Shown: piece after piece, positions 62,078 through 64,000 of the stretch
How the letters are laid out: each line of letters opens with the position of its first letter
Position numbering within the stretch: position 1 is the first letter of the stretch
IMG/VR virus record: IMGVR_UViG_3300021438_000001
Location: 39,453 to 103,452 of that record
Reading direction: 5' to 3' (one strand)
Length of the DNA: 64,000 bases
From: a virus
Taxonomy: Duplodnaviria; Heunggongvirae; Uroviricota; Caudoviricetes
Notes under the pieces: generated by a model
Databases searched by the model: none
Told to the model about the DNA's origin: nothing
Seen by the model: only the letters and a program-made list of their open reading frames with translations
Position numbers and translations under genes: made by a program

Positions 62078-63724
62078 ATGAGCAACTTCCAACTTAAACC
62101 CAACGAGAGCATGTCGGTTGACCCGAAGAGTCCGCTTGCAGGCGCAGGCACGGCTCCGACCACTGACGAGCAAAAGAAGCTGAAGGCTCTGATCGAACGC
62201 CGCCACCCCGAATATGTGGAGAACGTCGATCACTGGGAGTTTCTGGAAGAAACCTACGAAGGTGGGCGCGAGTGGTTCAAGGAGAACATCTTCCGCTACA
62301 TCAAGGAAGGTGACACTGAGTTTGCCGACCGCCTGGCTCGCGCATATCGCTTCAACCACAGCCGCGAGGTTGTGGACCTTCTGAACAAGTACCTGTTCAA
62401 ACAAAACATCCAGCGCAACGACGCCGATGCACCCGAGTCGGTGAAACGCTTTTGGAAACGCGCAACGCTCAACGGGTTGGGCATCAAAGACCTGGCACGC
62501 CAAATCTCGAAGAAGGCTTCGATCTCTGGTCGCGTCGGCATTGTGATCGACAACACAACCCAAGGTCAGTTGGTCGTGTCGAAGGCGGATGAGAAGAAGT
62601 CCGGCGTTCGCACTTACGCCTACATCGTCGGCCCAGAACAGCTTCTGGACTACGCCTTCGATGACACTGGCGACCTGACATGGGCGCTGATTCAAGAGTG
62701 TGTCCGTGACGACGCTGACCCACTCACATCGTCTGGTGAAGAGGAAGAACGCTTCCGTCTGTGGACGAAGAACGAATGGAAGCTGTACCAAGAGGTGAAA
62801 GAGGGCCGCAAAAAGGTCATCAAGCTCATCGACAGCGGCGAGCATAACCTCGGCATGGTTCCGGTCGTCCTGGCGGACAACATCATCTCCGACGAGGAGT
62901 ACTGCGCTCCATCGCTGATCGGCGACATCGCCTATCTCGACCGCGCAGTGGCAAACTACCTGTCGAACTTGGATGCAATCATCCAAGACCAAACCTTCTC
63001 GCAACTGGCAATGCCGGCTCAGAACGTGCTGCCAGGCGAGGACAACTACACCAAACTCACAGAGATGGGCACGAAGCGCATCTTCCTCTATGACGGGGAA
63101 GGTGGCGCAGCGCCGTTCTATCTTTCGCCTGACCCAAAGCAGGCACGAATGATCATCGAGACGGTCAACAAGATCATCTCGGAGATTTACCACACGGTCG
63201 GCCTGGCTGGTGAACGCACCAAGCAGGACAACGCGATGGGTATCGACAACTCCAGTGGCGTTGCTAAAGCCTTCGACTTCGAGCGAGTGAATGCTCTGTT
63301 GGCGGCGAAAGCAGACAGTCTTGAAGTGGTCGAGAACAAGATCGTGACCATTGTGGCAGCGTGGAACGGTGAAGAGTCCAAGGTTCAGGACAAGGAACTT
63401 GTCTCTTACCCCGACGACTTCGACACCCGTGGCTTGTACGACGAGTTCGACATCGCCGCACGCCTGATGCTCATCGACGCTCCTGACGAGGTGCGCCAAG
63501 AGCAGATGAAGTCGGTGCTGGACAAGCTGTTCCCGCAAATTGGAGAGGCTGTTCGAGGAAAGCTCGATAAGGCTCTCAAAGATTGGCCTGTCGATCCATT
63601 GTCTTTGGTTCCCCCAGTGCAAACCGTGGGTGAATCGAACAAGGACGGCAACGTCAAAAGCGGTCTGACGGTCAAGAAAGACCCGAAAGACAACAAGCAA
63701 GGGCAGAACAACTCTGCTCCTTAA
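62078..63724 (+). CDS. portal protein (by position and size)
   Basis: 548-aa ORF immediately 3' of the large terminase; start ambiguous (GTG 62054 vs ATG 62078). Confidence 0.5.
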   Translation: MSNFQLKPNESMSVDPKSPLAGAGTAPTTDEQKKLKALIERRHPEYVENVDHWEFLEETYEGGREWFKENIFRYIKEGDTEFADRLARAYRFNHSREVVDLLNKYLFKQNIQRNDADAPESVKRFWKRATLNGLGIKDLARQISKKASISGRVGIVIDNTTQGQLVVSKADEKKSGVRTYAYIVGPEQLLDYAFDDTGDLTWALIQECVRDDADPLTSSGEEEERFRLWTKNEWKLYQEVKEGRKKVIKLIDSGEHNLGMVPVVLADNIISDEEYCAPSLIGDIAYLDRAVANYLSNLDAIIQDQTFSQLAMPAQNVLPGEDNYTKLTEMGTKRIFLYDGEGGAAPFYLSPDPKQARMIIETVNKIISEIYHTVGLAGERTKQDNAMGIDNSSGVAKAFDFERVNALLAAKADSLEVVENKIVTIVAAWNGEESKVQDKELVSYPDDFDTRGLYDEFDIAARLMLIDAPDEVRQEQMKSVLDKLFPQIGEAVRGKLDKALKDWPVDPLSLVPPVQTVGESNKDGNVKSGLTVKKDPKDNKQGQNNSAP

Positions 63725-63800
63725 AACCCAAAGCCGACATAGCGACTTGTCGGCTCGTTAGTAACTCAACGACCAAGCGAACGGTCTGAAAGGCAAAAAA

Positions 63801-64000
63801 ATGTTTGTAACCCGAAATGTGTTCCGCAAGTACATGGCTCCTCAAAACGGCGATGGCGGTGACGGTGGCGGCGGTAGCGGTGGCTCTGCTGGTGGAGATG
63901 GCGGCGCAGGTGGCGACGGTGGTGCTGGTGACGGCAACAACGGTGGCGGCCAGAGCAATGCCGGTGGTTCCAATGATGGCGGCAACAAAGGCGACAACAG
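63801..64000 (+). CDS. Gly/Asp/Asn-rich structural protein (scaffold/decoration-like), 3'-partial
   Basis: AAAGG RBS; (GGDG)n low-complexity region; runs off the window. Confidence 0.35.
   Translation, partial: MFVTRNVFRKYMAPQNGDGGDGGGGSGGSAGGDGGAGGDGGAGDGNNGGGQSNAGGSNDGGNKGDN

Overview
This window reads as a 64 kb slice of a large, high-GC, probably virulent tailed-phage genome; no integrase is visible. Coding is almost entirely on the + strand in tightly packed operons with many ATGA/GTGA start-stop overlaps. Several track ORFs begin at TTG/GTG and over-extend upstream. The 5' two-thirds carries a T4-like DNA metabolism core built around a bacterial-type replicase: gp32-like SSB, RNase H/FEN, UvsX/RecA, gp47/gp46 (Mre11/Rad50), a RuvC-like resolvase, a DnaE-type Pol III alpha with a C-terminal UDG-like domain, and a separate DnaQ-like proofreading exonuclease. 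Alongside sit a nucleotide-metabolism set (class II RNR, ThyX-like, MazG-like, a P-loop kinase, thioredoxin, an HNH endonuclease), a CobT/CobS-like vWA + AAA pair, a sigma-factor-like protein, a SleB-like cell-wall hydrolase, and an RNA ligase fused to a tRNA-binding domain. A 9-10 gene tRNA array (20.57-21.58 kb) is interleaved with three conserved hairpin-closed structured elements that look like stable small RNAs, plus one aberrant tRNA-Tyr-like gene. From about 46.2 to 50.2 kb lies a roughly 4 kb gene-poor regulatory region: an A+C-rich, T-depleted tract; eight copies of a 24-nt GAGTACGGC-N6-GGCTGAATAG repeat; an iteron-like cluster of palindromes next to an AT-rich island (candidate origin); and a low-GC gene flanked by tandem palindromic operators. 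Then comes the only minus-strand block (50.2-54.6 kb): a SLOG/DUF2493 protein, many tiny ORFs, an RHH-like regulator with its own promoter and operator, and an SF2 helicase. After it is a + strand cluster (54.7-59.6 kb) of two ParB-like nuclease-domain proteins, an HExxH mini-protein, a small ABC-type ATPase, thioredoxin, a HAD-like protein and unknowns, and finally the packaging module (small and large terminase, portal, start of a Gly/Asp-rich structural protein). A conserved intergenic palindrome, ATAAGTCA-N4-TGAC, occurs about 20 times upstream of genes, overlapping sigma70-like promoters or sitting just 5' of the ribosome-binding site; it is probably the main regulatory signal of this phage. 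All functional calls rest on motif and pattern recognition from the raw sequence only; no searches were run.
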